A stretch of DNA of 63,931 nucleotides, filler included, from Candidatus Nanoarchaeia archaeon (lineage in GTDB: Archaea > Nanobdellota > Nanobdellia > Woesearchaeales > DATDTY01), in the NCBI GenBank assembly GCA_035290625.1. It is 7 parts of 7 records of this genome, joined end to end, with 100 filler letters (N's around TTAATTAATTAA, not from the genome) between each part and the next. Parts side by side here need not be neighbours in the genome. Positions count along the whole stretch, not along the records: positions 31,303 to 42,738 come from DATDTY010000037.1; positions 42,839 to 51,703 come from DATDTY010000038.1; 5 more parts are not named here. One strand, written 5' to 3'. A program made the translations under genes and the position numbers. The notes under the pieces were generated by a model that worked only from the letters and a program-made list of their open reading frames with translations, was not told the origin of the DNA and did no database searches. Below are positions 38,540 to 48,852 of the stretch, in pieces; within the stretch, counting starts at the first letter, position 1; the number at the start of each line of letters is the position of its first letter.

Positions 38540-39762
38540 TTCCTTTTTGACCGCACAAGCTCGTGCGATATTGCCATGATCCAGTGGATCCCCGTAAGGA
38601 AGGGATAGACTGAAAAATACATGAGTATGGCGAATGGGTTGATAATCTTTTCCTTTATCTGGCGGTGAGCGACAATAAAAAAGAGGACGCCTATCGAGGA
38701 GATGATAAAGACCGGAATCAGAATCTTAAAGTTCTGGCCATAGAGCAGGCTATCGAGTGTCGGGATTTCGAGGAATTTCTCAAAAAAATACCCTTGTATC
38801 GTTAAGGTGCGGAGGGTATCCTCAAAAATATCGCTTGCAAGGGTTACAACACCAAGAGACAGCATGAAGAGGAAGAGAGGGATTGAGATTACGCCAACCG
38901 GCAGCTGGTAGTAGCCTGTCAGTCCATACTTCCTGTTGAAGAACATGTCTTTGTAGGAGAGGTAATTCGTGATAAAGCCCCGAAACCAGCGGATGCGCTG
39001 CCTCCAGAGAGATTTAAAGGTTCTGGGAACTGCAGTATAGGTTATGCTTTCCGGGGCAAGCTTGATATCATAGCCGTTGTACTTTATCCTCAGGGCTATC
39101 TCGAAATCTTCAGTTATGTTTGATGCATCAAATCCGCCAAGGTCTTTGAGGATATGGGTGCGGTAGACGCTCAGGACACCGGGAGTGATATGGAGCGTGT
39201 TCAAAGCTGACATGATCCTGCGGATGAGGATTGCAAGGATATATTCAATATGCTGGACCTTTTCATAGATGTTCCTTGGCTTGTGGACCTTCAAAGCGGT
39301 AATGACTGCCGCAGTCGTATCTGAAAAATGCGGAAGAAGCTCTTTTAATGCAGCCTTATCAACCAGGGAATCTGCATCAAGGACTCCAAAGAATTCTGTT
39401 TTCGTGGATGCCAATGCTGTATTGAGGGCGCTGGCTTTTCCCATCTGGCTCTGCCGGATCAGCCGAATATCTGAGCGAGGATGCTTTTTTATGAATGAGC
39501 TGGCAATAGCTGCTGTTTTGTCTGTGCTTCCATCATCAACCACGAGGATGATAATCTTTTCTTCAGGATACTCAAGGGCCAGCAGCGAGAAAAGGCAGGA
39601 TTCGATGCGCTTTTCTTCATTATGGCATGGCACTGCAATCGTTACTGAGCCGCTCTCCTTTCTCTCTGCTTTTGGGCTTTCCGAGAGGTACAGGAAGCTT
39701 AGTGTGAGAACAGCAATATAGAGAGAGACAAAAGAGAGGACAAAGATTATGGTTTGCATCAT
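38533..39762 (-). CDS. Processive GT2 glycosyltransferase
   Basis: VPCHNEE, DDGSTD, DADS, TED and QRIRW motifs with TMs. Confidence 0.92.
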   Translation of the reverse strand: MMQTIIFVLSFVSLYIAVLTLSFLYLSESPKAERKESGSVTIAVPCHNEEKRIESCLFSLLALEYPEEKIIILVVDDGSTDKTAAIASSFIKKHPRSDIRLIRQSQMGKASALNTALASTKTEFFGVLDADSLVDKAALKELLPHFSDTTAAVITALKVHKPRNIYEKVQHIEYILAILIRRIMSALNTLHITPGVLSVYRTHILKDLGGFDASNITEDFEIALRIKYNGYDIKLAPESITYTAVPRTFKSLWRQRIRWFRGFITNYLSYKDMFFNRKYGLTGYYQLPVGVISIPLFLFMLSLGVVTLASDIFEDTLRTLTIQGYFFEKFLEIPTLDSLLYGQNFKILIPVFIISSIGVLFFIVAHRQIKEKIINPFAILMYFSVYPFLTGIHWIMAISHELVRSKRKW

Positions 39763-41126
39763 GGCTGAGGCCGCACCATCCAGATCTGAACGTCTGGATT
39801 TTCATAGGCTTTGGTGAAAATCTCATTCTCCTTGAGTATCGAAAGCAAGCCTTGGTTTTCAGTCTTCCATATCATGCCTTTCATACTTTTGTCAATCCAG
39901 AGGTAGCGGATTGTATACTTTGCGAGGAGTTTGCGGGTCTTGAGGATGTCCCGGCCGGAAAATATCTGCTGCATATCTTCCTGGACGTGCCGGTTTTGGC
40001 CCGGGATATTGTTTTGGAGGGCTTGCAGCTGCGCAACTGATTGTATCCAGAACCCGTTTTTCGGATGCGAAAGCACAACATCTCCCTTATTTGAGTGCAA
40101 CCGCAGCCAATCAAGGCTTTCGATCATGGCAGGAGATGGGTCTGCTGAGCTTGCCCGCACAAGGAATGATACGGCACTGAAGAGTATCCCAAGAAGTATG
40201 ACAAAGAGTGTAAGATCCTTTATCAATGGGAGTGTCCACTTCCTGGAGTAGAGATGGGTGATTGCCTTGCCTGCAAACCATGCAACAAGGATGTTGAGAA
40301 GTATCTGGGTAAATGGCATGAGCGTGGTGAAGGAAGCCAAGACTACGGTTAGCAGGATGACTGGGGCCAGCTTCTTCTTATCCTTCCAAAGGAAGACCAT
40401 GCCGAGGATAGCAAGGACCAGGGCAAAAACAGAGAATCCTGACGTGCTGCCGAGATCAGAGATCACTGCCTGGAGAAAGTTGGCTGCAGCTCCATCGTAG
40501 ACAGGAGGAGAGACTGGCAAGAGGAACGCAAGCGCTATTGTGAGAGCAGCCAGGGCCATGATTAGGTACTTTAAAGAGTCTCTTCTGACAATAAAGGATA
40601 CAGACAGGAGAACCAGAAGGAGAACAATTGATTCCCTTATACCGAAGAACAGGGCTATGATGAAAAGGCTTGCGGCTGCAGCAGGCTTTGCAAGCAGAAG
40701 CATTCCGGAAATCACGAGGACGAGGTAGAGGGTGTATGGGCTTGAAAAAGCGCTATGCCAGAGGAAGAGGGGAGAGGAGATATACAGCGCTGCAATTGTA
40801 TAGAGTGTGAAAGCTGAGATGCCGGTCTGCTGAAGCAGCCTTACAAGAAGGAACACTGAGAGCAAGCTCAGGGCAATAGGAAGGAAAAGCCATGCTTTTG
40901 GCATTGCAAGGCTGAGGACTGCAAGCAGCAAATGATAAGGAGTAATGGCTGCTGGCTTGGTGATGTCTGAATGGCCGAATATGGCTGAGGCAATGGCCTG
41001 ATGGTAATAGGAGGCTTCCCCGGGCATCGTTGGGTTTATGATGCTTCGTGCTATCGGGATGATACTGATAAGTACAAGCGCTATAAGGAGTATGATTCTG
41101 GCCTGGTTTTTAGCTGCGTTCTCCAT
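39759..41126 (-). CDS. GT-C-like polytopic membrane protein
   Basis: GEASYYH, many TMs, STT3-like extracellular tail (LDWLR..VVLS..GFWI..YTIRYLWI). Confidence 0.7.
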   Translation of the reverse strand: MENAAKNQARIILLIALVLISIIPIARSIINPTMPGEASYYHQAIASAIFGHSDITKPAAITPYHLLLAVLSLAMPKAWLFLPIALSLLSVFLLVRLLQQTGISAFTLYTIAALYISSPLFLWHSAFSSPYTLYLVLVISGMLLLAKPAAAASLFIIALFFGIRESIVLLLVLLSVSFIVRRDSLKYLIMALAALTIALAFLLPVSPPVYDGAAANFLQAVISDLGSTSGFSVFALVLAILGMVFLWKDKKKLAPVILLTVVLASFTTLMPFTQILLNILVAWFAGKAITHLYSRKWTLPLIKDLTLFVILLGILFSAVSFLVRASSADPSPAMIESLDWLRLHSNKGDVVLSHPKNGFWIQSVAQLQALQNNIPGQNRHVQEDMQQIFSGRDILKTRKLLAKYTIRYLWIDKSMKGMIWKTENQGLLSILKENEIFTKAYENPDVQIWMVRPQP

Positions 41127-42594
41127 AAAGCCGACAGTTCACTTTATAGACCTTTGCGGAATGGCTGTACACAAGCTCGAAGCATGGGGGCTCTGCAAAT
41201 TCAAGAGCAGAGATCCCATACGTCTCCTGCGCTGTGGTTGACAGGAAGATGTACGTGCTGTTGTATTTTTCGAGTACGCGGAGCGCCTCTGTCTGGAAAA
41301 TGGCATAGTAGAGTTGGCTGATATCCTGAACCTGTTCCTCAGGATTTGGGATCAAGAGAAAATTCTCATCTGCTATGTTTTTTCTCCTGGCGATTGCGGT
41401 TATGGCATAGCCGTCCTGAAGCGCGCCAAAGAGCGTGGAATCCGGGGTGTTGGCTTGAACCCAGTCAAGAGCATCTTTATCTGCCTGAGCAAGGGTGTTG
41501 CCAGAAATCCCAAAAGCAAATGAAGGGATGATGGATGTTGCCAGGATTAGGACAAGGATTGCCAGCTTAAAGAAACCCCTCAGCTGATCAACATAGGTTT
41601 TAGCGAGGAAGCCAAAGAGACTTTTGTAGAATACAGAAAACAGGATGGCAAAGTTTACTGCCAGAAGCGAAAGGCCAAGATCCAGATTTACAAGCTTCAG
41701 GCCAAGCAGGAGGCTTATCAGGAGTGTGAAGATAATCATAAAATGGGTAATTCGGTTTTTCCTGTCAAAGAGATGGGTATAGATTGTGTAGAGTGCGCCT
41801 AAAAGGGGAATAATCCCTATCCCTGTAATAGCCTGGGCGATGTTCACTTCAGAAAAGTAATTCTGAAGTAGGCTTGGCGGGATATTTTGGTAGATGATAG
41901 ACAGCCCATGGGAGAGGAGAGGCTGTTTGTAGGTTATGAAAAGGGACCATAGAACCAGAAAACTTGAAAAGAGTATCAGCTCTGTTTCAGCAGGGAGTGT
42001 TTTCAGGCGATCCAGCTTCTGGAACAGAAGATAGCAGAGCAACGCCACAATAATTAATATGACGCTTGGATGGGTATACCGCATAAGGCCAAGGACAATG
42101 ATGAAAGCGAGGGCATAATAGGGCTTATGAATCCTGAAGAACAAGAAGATCAGAATGTACAGCAAGGGGATTGCCAGAGAATAGGGGGATATCAAATTTA
42201 TTGTTGAGAACAGGAAAGGGGCAAATCCTGCAAGCAAGGCTGATACGAGGCTGGCATTTGGATCTTTGGTCATATCATATGCCAGAAAGTAGATAATAAT
42301 GGCGAGGGATGCGATGAAGAGGTTTGGAACAATCTTTCCGGCAATATCTATAGGCACAAGCAATGATGATGCCGCAAGCGTATAATAGAACAGCGGAGGG
42401 TAGATTAATGGCCTGCCCCCATAACTAAGAGTATCGGTATGGGCGGGGATTTTTGACTCCAGAAGCTCTTTCATCCGCTGGATCGAGAAATATGCCTCAG
42501 GCTCAAATGTCTGGCTTTGGAGGCTGATGAAGATTCTCAGTGAGAACGCAGCTATGAAGATGGCAAGGAGCGCGAAAGCATACCTTTTTTTCAT
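41110..42594 (-). CDS. GT-C-like polytopic membrane protein (paralogue)
   Basis: LSYGGR..YPPLF, many TMs, ALDWV..GYAI..YNSTYIF tail. Confidence 0.72.
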   Translation of the reverse strand: MKKRYAFALLAIFIAAFSLRIFISLQSQTFEPEAYFSIQRMKELLESKIPAHTDTLSYGGRPLIYPPLFYYTLAASSLLVPIDIAGKIVPNLFIASLAIIIYFLAYDMTKDPNASLVSALLAGFAPFLFSTINLISPYSLAIPLLYILIFLFFRIHKPYYALAFIIVLGLMRYTHPSVILIIVALLCYLLFQKLDRLKTLPAETELILFSSFLVLWSLFITYKQPLLSHGLSIIYQNIPPSLLQNYFSEVNIAQAITGIGIIPLLGALYTIYTHLFDRKNRITHFMIIFTLLISLLLGLKLVNLDLGLSLLAVNFAILFSVFYKSLFGFLAKTYVDQLRGFFKLAILVLILATSIIPSFAFGISGNTLAQADKDALDWVQANTPDSTLFGALQDGYAITAIARRKNIADENFLLIPNPEEQVQDISQLYYAIFQTEALRVLEKYNSTYIFLSTTAQETYGISALEFAEPPCFELVYSHSAKVYKVNCRLYGERS

Positions 42595-42597
42595 TGA

Positions 42598-42738
42598 GGT
42601 TTGTATCCCGTAAAGATTTATAAGCCTTTAGTAAGGCATTTATAGAATCTTCTGATCGCCAGGATATGGAGAGGATTCCTACAGGATCCAAGATTCTTGA
42701 TCGGATGCTGCATGGAGGATATGAGCGCGATATTATTT
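42598..42738 (+). other. 141-bp assembly overlap with 63791-63931 (reverse complement), containing the radB start
   Basis: Exact reverse-complement match at two contig ends. Confidence 0.92.
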
Positions 42739-42838
42739 NNNNNNNNNNNNNNNNNNNNNNNNNNNNNNNNNNNNNNNNNNNNTTAATTAATTAANNNNNN
42801 NNNNNNNNNNNNNNNNNNNNNNNNNNNNNNNNNNNNNN

Positions 42839-42978
42839 CGAGGTAAGACCGCATCGAAGCTTACGCTTCGAGATTCTGGAAACTCCAGAGCAGGCATTTG
42901 TCAGGAAGATGAAAAAGGAGGCTTAATAAACATGAAACGAATTAAGCTATCGAAGGGAAATACTTTCAGGATAGCACA
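42839..42978 (+). mobile_element. Right end of an IS481-like insertion sequence (transposase C-terminus plus IR), copy 1
   Basis: EVRPHRSL..ETPEQAFVRKMKKEA* (42840-42926); ends ..GATAGCACA; identical at 51564-51703 and 61227-61366. Confidence 0.8.
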
Positions 42979-43152
42979 GATTTTCTATGTAATATCCACG
43001 ATCAGCCGTTTCTTGGATTCGGGATAAACATTGACATCTGCCCCTTTTCTCAATTCACAGATTTTAACAACTTTCATAGGAACCTCACTCGGAAATGCCT
43101 TGAATCTTTATGTTCAGGAATATTAATAAATCCCTCTAAAGCCCGTCTTCGT

Positions 43153-44031
43153 ATGGACAGAAAAGACCTTGCCTTGAAATTCTGGGACAGGAGCGGCTAT
43201 TTCAGCACAGAGGAGTATAAAGAATATGCAAGAAACTTCCTGCTCCAGAAGATAAGAGAGGATGTTGGGAAAAAAGACCTCACAGCTGACGCGCTCAACA
43301 CCTCTGAAAAGCATGCAACAGCAGAAATCATCGCGAAAGAAGAGGGAATCGTCGCGGGGTTGGAAGAGATCTCATTATTGCCGGGAATACAGATGCTCTT
43401 CAATAAAAAAGACGGAGATCCAATAAAAAAAGGAGAATCAATACTTACTCTCAAAGGAAATCTAAGAACACTCCTCAGCTATGAAAGGACAATGGTCAAT
43501 TGCCTGAAAAGGATGTCAGGAATAGCAACTGCAACACAAAACCTCAGAAACAGAATAAGCAAAGCATGCCATGTCCTCGGAACACGAAAGACGCTTTGGG
43601 GGACCATGGACAAGAAAGCGATGCACATCGGAGGGGCCTTAACCCACCGCCTCGCGCTGGATGATGGAATACTGATCAAAGAAAACTACCTGGAAAAAGA
43701 CATCAAAAAAACACTTGAAGCAATCTCCAAAAACGCAGATTTCATAGAGATTGAAGTCCGGACAAAAGAGCACGCATTAGACGCAGCTGAAACAATCTCA
43801 AAATTAAACAGGAATTTTGCATTGTTACTGGATAACCTAAACCCAGGCATCATCAAGGAGATCATTGCGAAAATCAATTCCAAATACAAAAACATCCTCT
43901 TGGAAGCGTCAGGAAACATCACTGAGGCAAATATAAAAGAATACGCAGAGACGGGAGTTGATGCAGTTTCCCTTGGCTTTCTGACGCATTCGGTGAAGGC
44001 ACTCAATCTTTCGATGAGGATGGTAGGGTAA
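43153..44031 (+). CDS. nadC: Nicotinate-nucleotide diphosphorylase (carboxylating)
   Basis: RMSGIAT, GTRKT, HRLAL.DGILIKEN, LLLDN, EASGNI. Confidence 0.93.
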   Translation: MDRKDLALKFWDRSGYFSTEEYKEYARNFLLQKIREDVGKKDLTADALNTSEKHATAEIIAKEEGIVAGLEEISLLPGIQMLFNKKDGDPIKKGESILTLKGNLRTLLSYERTMVNCLKRMSGIATATQNLRNRISKACHVLGTRKTLWGTMDKKAMHIGGALTHRLALDDGILIKENYLEKDIKKTLEAISKNADFIEIEVRTKEHALDAAETISKLNRNFALLLDNLNPGIIKEIIAKINSKYKNILLEASGNITEANIKEYAETGVDAVSLGFLTHSVKALNLSMRMVG

Positions 44032-44069
44032 CATAAAGAATTAAATAACCTCATTACTTCTCCGCCCCC

Positions 44070-45290
44070 ATGCTCTTCGCCCACATGTCAGACTGCCACA
44101 TCGGCTCCTGGAGGGATCCTAAGCTGAAGCTCATCCCGACTCAGGCGTTCGAAAATGCAGCAAGTATCTGCATGGAAAAGAATGTTGATTTCATCCTGAT
44201 CTCAGGGGATTTTTTTAACACCTCTTTTCCCAGCCTTGACACCCTGAAGGACGCGACAGCAACGCTCAAGTGCCTCAAAGATCACGCTATTCCCGTCTAT
44301 ATCATCCCTGGATCCCATGACTACTCTCCTTCAGGAAAGACCATCCTTGATGTCCTGGAGAAAGCAGGCCTGCTGATCAATGTTGTGAAGGGGAGAGTGG
44401 AGGGCAACAAGCTCTTGCTTTCGTTTACCCTAGACCGCAAAACAGGTACAAAGATAACCGGGCTTTTGGGAAAAAGGGGCGCTTTGGAGAAATCCTATTA
44501 CGAAGCCCTGGAAACTGATTCGCTTGAGAGAGAGCCTGGGTTCAAGATTTTCATGCTCCACAGCGCAATCGATGAATTGAAACCGAAAAGCATGGAAAAG
44601 GTCGAGTCTGCTCCGCTTTCGCTGCTGCCGAAAAACTTCAACTACTATGCAGCAGGCCATGTGCATGAGGTCATTGAAAGAGACCTTCCGGATTATGGGA
44701 AGATATGCTATCCCGGGCCTTTGTTTCCCAACAGCTTTGCAGAGCTGGAAAAGCTTAAGCACGGAGGCTTCTATCTTGTGGAAGCCAAGGAGAATGTGCA
44801 GGCGACATGGCAGCCGCTCCCCGTCTATAACACTTTTTCCCTGACAATCAACTGCGACAATAAAACTGCGAAGCAGGCAGAGGAAGAGGTGTATGCAGGG
44901 CTGAAAAACAAGGAATTCAATGATACCATCATCACGATCAGGCTTAAGGGAACTTTGGAGTCTGGAAAAATCAGTGAGATCAATTTCAGGGAAATCTTCC
45001 AGTTCTGCTACCAGAAGTCAGCCTATTATGTTATGAAATCAACAACTATGCTGGCAACAAAGGATTTTGAGGAGGTCAAGGTAGCTCCGGGATCAGCCCA
45101 GGAGATTGAAGAGCGGCTTATTGACGAGCTTGAAGAAACGCCGTTGCTTCCAAAATCTTCCCAGAAGGAGTTTATCCGGATGCTTATGGAAACATTAAAC
45201 ACAGAAAAGGTGGAAGGCGAGACGAATCCTGACTTTGAAGAGCGGGTGAGAGAGGATGCGGAGAAGGTGCTGAAGAGAGTGATGGAGTAA
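44070..45290 (+). CDS. mre11: Mre11/SbcD-family DNA repair exonuclease
   Basis: SDCHIG, SGDFF, PGSHD, MLHS, AGHVH. Confidence 0.88.
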   Translation: MLFAHMSDCHIGSWRDPKLKLIPTQAFENAASICMEKNVDFILISGDFFNTSFPSLDTLKDATATLKCLKDHAIPVYIIPGSHDYSPSGKTILDVLEKAGLLINVVKGRVEGNKLLLSFTLDRKTGTKITGLLGKRGALEKSYYEALETDSLEREPGFKIFMLHSAIDELKPKSMEKVESAPLSLLPKNFNYYAAGHVHEVIERDLPDYGKICYPGPLFPNSFAELEKLKHGGFYLVEAKENVQATWQPLPVYNTFSLTINCDNKTAKQAEEEVYAGLKNKEFNDTIITIRLKGTLESGKISEINFREIFQFCYQKSAYYVMKSTTMLATKDFEEVKVAPGSAQEIEERLIDELEETPLLPKSSQKEFIRMLMETLNTEKVEGETNPDFEERVREDAEKVLKRVME

Positions 45291-45385
45291 GAAAGTATGC
45301 TTAATTCAGATTTTTCTTTGATTGGTGTTGGCGTTGTGAGAAATAAAAATGGGGTTTACCGTACTCAATTATTTTATAGGTAAAG

Positions 45386-45589
45386 ATGGTAATGAAAGAA
45401 TTAAAAGATATTTGGTGTCACCAAAAAACATGGAAGAAAGTATTAACTGTACGTGTTCTATCCATGATGTTAGTAACGTTGATACTTGTTACTTTTGATG
45501 TAATAAAACCAGTTTGGATTTTTTGGACAGGATTTGTTTTCTTTATCATAATTCTAATGATGCGAGGTAAAAAGGGAATTGGGTTTTGA
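45386..45589 (+). CDS. Small AT-rich membrane protein
   Basis: 67 aa with two hydrophobic segments. Confidence 0.5.
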   Translation: MVMKELKDIWCHQKTWKKVLTVRVLSMMLVTLILVTFDVIKPVWIFWTGFVFFIIILMMRGKKGIGF

Positions 45590-45671
45590 GGTGTGCCCAA
45601 TCCGTTCGTTCACCCTCTTTCTCAATTGAATCTCAACCTCCCATTACCCGAACAACCACCCTCCACAAACT

Positions 45672-47069
45672 TTACCTTCCAACCATCCTCTTCAGAATCT
45701 CATTGACTTCCTTGGGAGTTGCCTTGCCTTTGGTCTTCTTCATGACTGCTCCGACGATGAAGTGAAGGGCCTTTTCATTCCCTTTTTTGTAGTCCTCAAC
45801 TGCCTTGCTGTTCTCCTTGATCGCCTCTTTGCAGTATTTCTCAAGCTTTTTTGTGTCAGAAACAGCTGCCAGGCCCTCTTTTTTCACATATGCTTTAACG
45901 TCAAATGGCCTCTCAATGAGCATCTCAATCAACTTCTGGCCAACCTGCTCAGTTATCTTTCCTTCCTGGACCAATCCAAGGAGAGCAATCAAATTCCCCT
46001 CATCAACAATAACCTCATGCAATTCCTTCTTATTGTAATGCACTACCCTCATGAGTTCCCTTCTCAGCCATTTCGCAGCAAGCTTTCTCTCAACGTGCTT
46101 TGCAACCTTCTCATACAGCTCAGCAAGAGTCTTTTCAGCGGTAAGCACTAAAGCATCCTCCTTGGCCAACCCGTGCTCCTTTACAAACCTCTCCATCTTC
46201 GCAGCAGCAAGCTCAGGCATCTCTTTCGAGATCTTCTCAACCATCTGATCTGTGATCTCAACCATCGGCAGGTCAGAATCAACGATATACCCATAGTCAA
46301 TCTCGGCCTCCTTTTCACGCAGCCGTTCAGTCACTCTCCTCTCTGAATCCCACAATCTCGTTTCTGTTACCACCTTCTCCGTTCGCTGCCGGTCAACTTC
46401 ATATTTTAGCGCTGCCTCAATCTCTTTAAACCCTGTTATATTTTTTATTTCAATACGGGCATACCCTGTCCTTTGAATGGAAACGTTTGCGTCTGCCTTA
46501 ATGATCCCATCTTTCAAGTCAAAAATCTCAAGATAGCTCAGGATCTTCATCAGCTCCCTGAGGAACTCCCTTGCCTCTTCTGGAGACCTCAGCATGGGCT
46601 CGGTAACAATCTCAAGCAGAGGATTTCCGCTCCTGTTGTAATCCACGAGAACATATGCGCTTTTCCCAACTCCCTTTGGGTGCACCAATGCAGCAGGATC
46701 CTCTTCAAGGTGTGCTCTTGTCAGCATGATCTTCCTTCCATTGACAGTGATAAACCCGTCCTTTGCAAGGGGCAGCTCGTACTGGGTTATCTGGTAGTTC
46801 TTTGCCAAATCAGGATAGAAATAGCTCTTCCTTGAAAATACAAGCTGCTTTGAAATGGCAGAGCCTGTCGCAATTGCAAACTTCAATCCATACTCCAAGG
46901 CTTTCTTGTTAAAAACCGGCCTGCTTCCCGGCATGCCGAGGCATGTTGGGCATGTCCTGCTGTTCGGCTCATCAGAGCCCTTTGTCGGGCAGCCGCAGAA
47001 GAGCTTTGTCTTTGTGTCAAGCTGGACGTGCACTTCCAGACCAATTACAATATCTGAGTCAAATTTCAT
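45672..47069 (-). CDS. gatB: Asp-tRNA(Asn)/Glu-tRNA(Gln) amidotransferase subunit B
   Basis: IGLEVHVQL, YFYPDL.KNYQITQ, HLEED, DYNRSG.PLLEIVTEP. Confidence 0.97.
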   Translation of the reverse strand: MKFDSDIVIGLEVHVQLDTKTKLFCGCPTKGSDEPNSRTCPTCLGMPGSRPVFNKKALEYGLKFAIATGSAISKQLVFSRKSYFYPDLAKNYQITQYELPLAKDGFITVNGRKIMLTRAHLEEDPAALVHPKGVGKSAYVLVDYNRSGNPLLEIVTEPMLRSPEEAREFLRELMKILSYLEIFDLKDGIIKADANVSIQRTGYARIEIKNITGFKEIEAALKYEVDRQRTEKVVTETRLWDSERRVTERLREKEAEIDYGYIVDSDLPMVEITDQMVEKISKEMPELAAAKMERFVKEHGLAKEDALVLTAEKTLAELYEKVAKHVERKLAAKWLRRELMRVVHYNKKELHEVIVDEGNLIALLGLVQEGKITEQVGQKLIEMLIERPFDVKAYVKKEGLAAVSDTKKLEKYCKEAIKENSKAVEDYKKGNEKALHFIVGAVMKKTKGKATPKEVNEILKRMVGR

Positions 47070-48481
47070 TGCTTTTGCATCTCTGCCTTGCTTCCGATCT
47101 GAACCAATTTTCCCTCCTCGAAATGATCTGTCATGAGCATAAGGCCAACGGGCAGGCCCTTCTGCATTGAGACTGGAACACTCATGTGCGGGATTCCTGC
47201 AACATTTGGGCCGACAGTAAGCACATCAAACATATAATTCTCAAGGACCGAAAGCCTTTTCACCTCATCAAATGTCAAAGGAAGCTTAGGTACTGTTGGG
47301 CTTACAAGAGCATCCACTCGCTTAAACGCCTTTTTGTACTCATTGACGATCAATGTCCGGATTTTTGCAGCTTTGAGGTAATACGCATCCCTGAACCCTG
47401 CCATTCTCGCAAAGGTTCCAAGCATGATCCTGCGCTTTGCTTCCTTGCCGAAATGCCCACTCCTTACATCAGAAAAATAGCTGTTGAAATCCCCTTTTAA
47501 TTCTTCATGGGTTCCATACCTCATCCCGCAATATCTTGCAAGATTCGTGGAAGCTTCTGCAGTTGCAAGCAGATAGTAGCAGGAAACGCCGTACTTCATC
47601 GTTATAGGCAATTCAATTGTCCGAATCTCACACCCCTGCTCCTCAAGCTTTCTGATCCCTTCCTGGCATCCTTTCTGAACAAGCGTATCAGCATTCTCAA
47701 GGCTTCCCTTAATCACACCCATCTTCATCCCTCTGATGTCTTTCTTAACAAAGGAATGAAACGCCTCTTTCTTTATGTTTGCAGATGTTGCATCAGCCTT
47801 GTCATGGCCTGAGATACTGCTTAAGACATATGCAGCATCCTCAACACTCTTTGCCATTGGCCCGATCTTGTCAAAACTTGTTCCGTAATCGAGCAATCCA
47901 TGTCTGGAAACACGGCCATAGGTGGGAGTCAATCCAACAACACCGCAAAAGGAGGCAGGATTGACAATAGATCCCCCTGTCGATTCTCCAAGCGAAGCAT
48001 GCGTATCAAGCTTTTGAGTTATCCCTGCGCTTCCTGCGCTGCTTCCGCCGCATACCCTCCTCTTGTCAAAGGGGTTCAAGGAGATCTCATAGCCTTTCCC
48101 AACATTGATCCCAAAGCTTCCAAACCCGAACTCATCCTGAGATGTCTTTCCAATGATAATTGCGCCCTCATCGCGGAGTTTTTCAACAGCAGTTGCATCA
48201 AACAAAGGCATGTACCCCTTCAATATCCTGCTCCCGCCTGTCGTCTCTACCCCCATCACGGAGATCGCATCCTTTGCAGAAACAGGAACACCCCATAATA
48301 CCCCCCTCTTCTCCTTTCTTCTGCTGAGCTCTTTTGCCCTTTGCAAAGCTTCCTGGGTTATAGCCGTGAAGTAATGGTACTCAGAATTGACGTGGGCGCA
48401 GATATCCAACACTTTGTGTGTATGTTCAACAATATCAATCTCTCCGCGTTTCACAGCCTGGACAAATTCTGGAATCCTCAT
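47066..48481 (-). CDS. gatA: Amidotransferase subunit A
   Basis: GGSSAGSA, ESTGGSI..PASFCGVVG, SRHGL. Confidence 0.96.
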   Translation of the reverse strand: MRIPEFVQAVKRGEIDIVEHTHKVLDICAHVNSEYHYFTAITQEALQRAKELSRRKEKRGVLWGVPVSAKDAISVMGVETTGGSRILKGYMPLFDATAVEKLRDEGAIIIGKTSQDEFGFGSFGINVGKGYEISLNPFDKRRVCGGSSAGSAGITQKLDTHASLGESTGGSIVNPASFCGVVGLTPTYGRVSRHGLLDYGTSFDKIGPMAKSVEDAAYVLSSISGHDKADATSANIKKEAFHSFVKKDIRGMKMGVIKGSLENADTLVQKGCQEGIRKLEEQGCEIRTIELPITMKYGVSCYYLLATAEASTNLARYCGMRYGTHEELKGDFNSYFSDVRSGHFGKEAKRRIMLGTFARMAGFRDAYYLKAAKIRTLIVNEYKKAFKRVDALVSPTVPKLPLTFDEVKRLSVLENYMFDVLTVGPNVAGIPHMSVPVSMQKGLPVGLMLMTDHFEEGKLVQIGSKAEMQKQ

Positions 48482-48762
48482 ATCACGCGGGGCCCCTTGA
48501 AGTATCCGTCTTGCTTATGCCTGGTCTGGGATAGCGCTCTCTCCTGGGTGAGGCATTTCTCAGCTTCATCTTCCCTGAGGACATTCTTCAGCCCAACCGG
48601 CTGAAAGCTCGGCTCTACATCGTTCGTGTTAACTTCATCAATCTTGGAAAAAACGTCCAGAATCTCCTTAAACTCTGCAACAAATTCCTTAAGTTCGCTT
48701 TCTGAGAGTTTCAGCCTGCTGACCTCAGCGACTCTCTGGATGGTTTGTTTTGTAATCTCCAC
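48478..48762 (-). CDS. gatC: Amidotransferase subunit C
   Basis: VAEVSRLKL, NVLRED, GYFKGPRV; first gene of the gatCAB operon. Confidence 0.92.
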   Translation of the reverse strand: MEITKQTIQRVAEVSRLKLSESELKEFVAEFKEILDVFSKIDEVNTNDVEPSFQPVGLKNVLREDEAEKCLTQERALSQTRHKQDGYFKGPRVI

Positions 48763-48852
48763 AGACCCACCACTTTTCCTTCAGATACTTCCTTCAGATA
48801 CTTCTTGTTGCCGTATTTATATGCAACCTATCCGCACAATATTAATCTTTCG

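Noticed and set aside
39808..39823. GGCTTTGGTGAAAATC resembling the MITE TIR
   Set aside because: Inside an intact CDS with no partner TIR, core or TSD; probably chance
42666..42738. Second radB copy
   Set aside because: Exact 141-bp contig-end overlap, consistent with an assembler k-mer overlap
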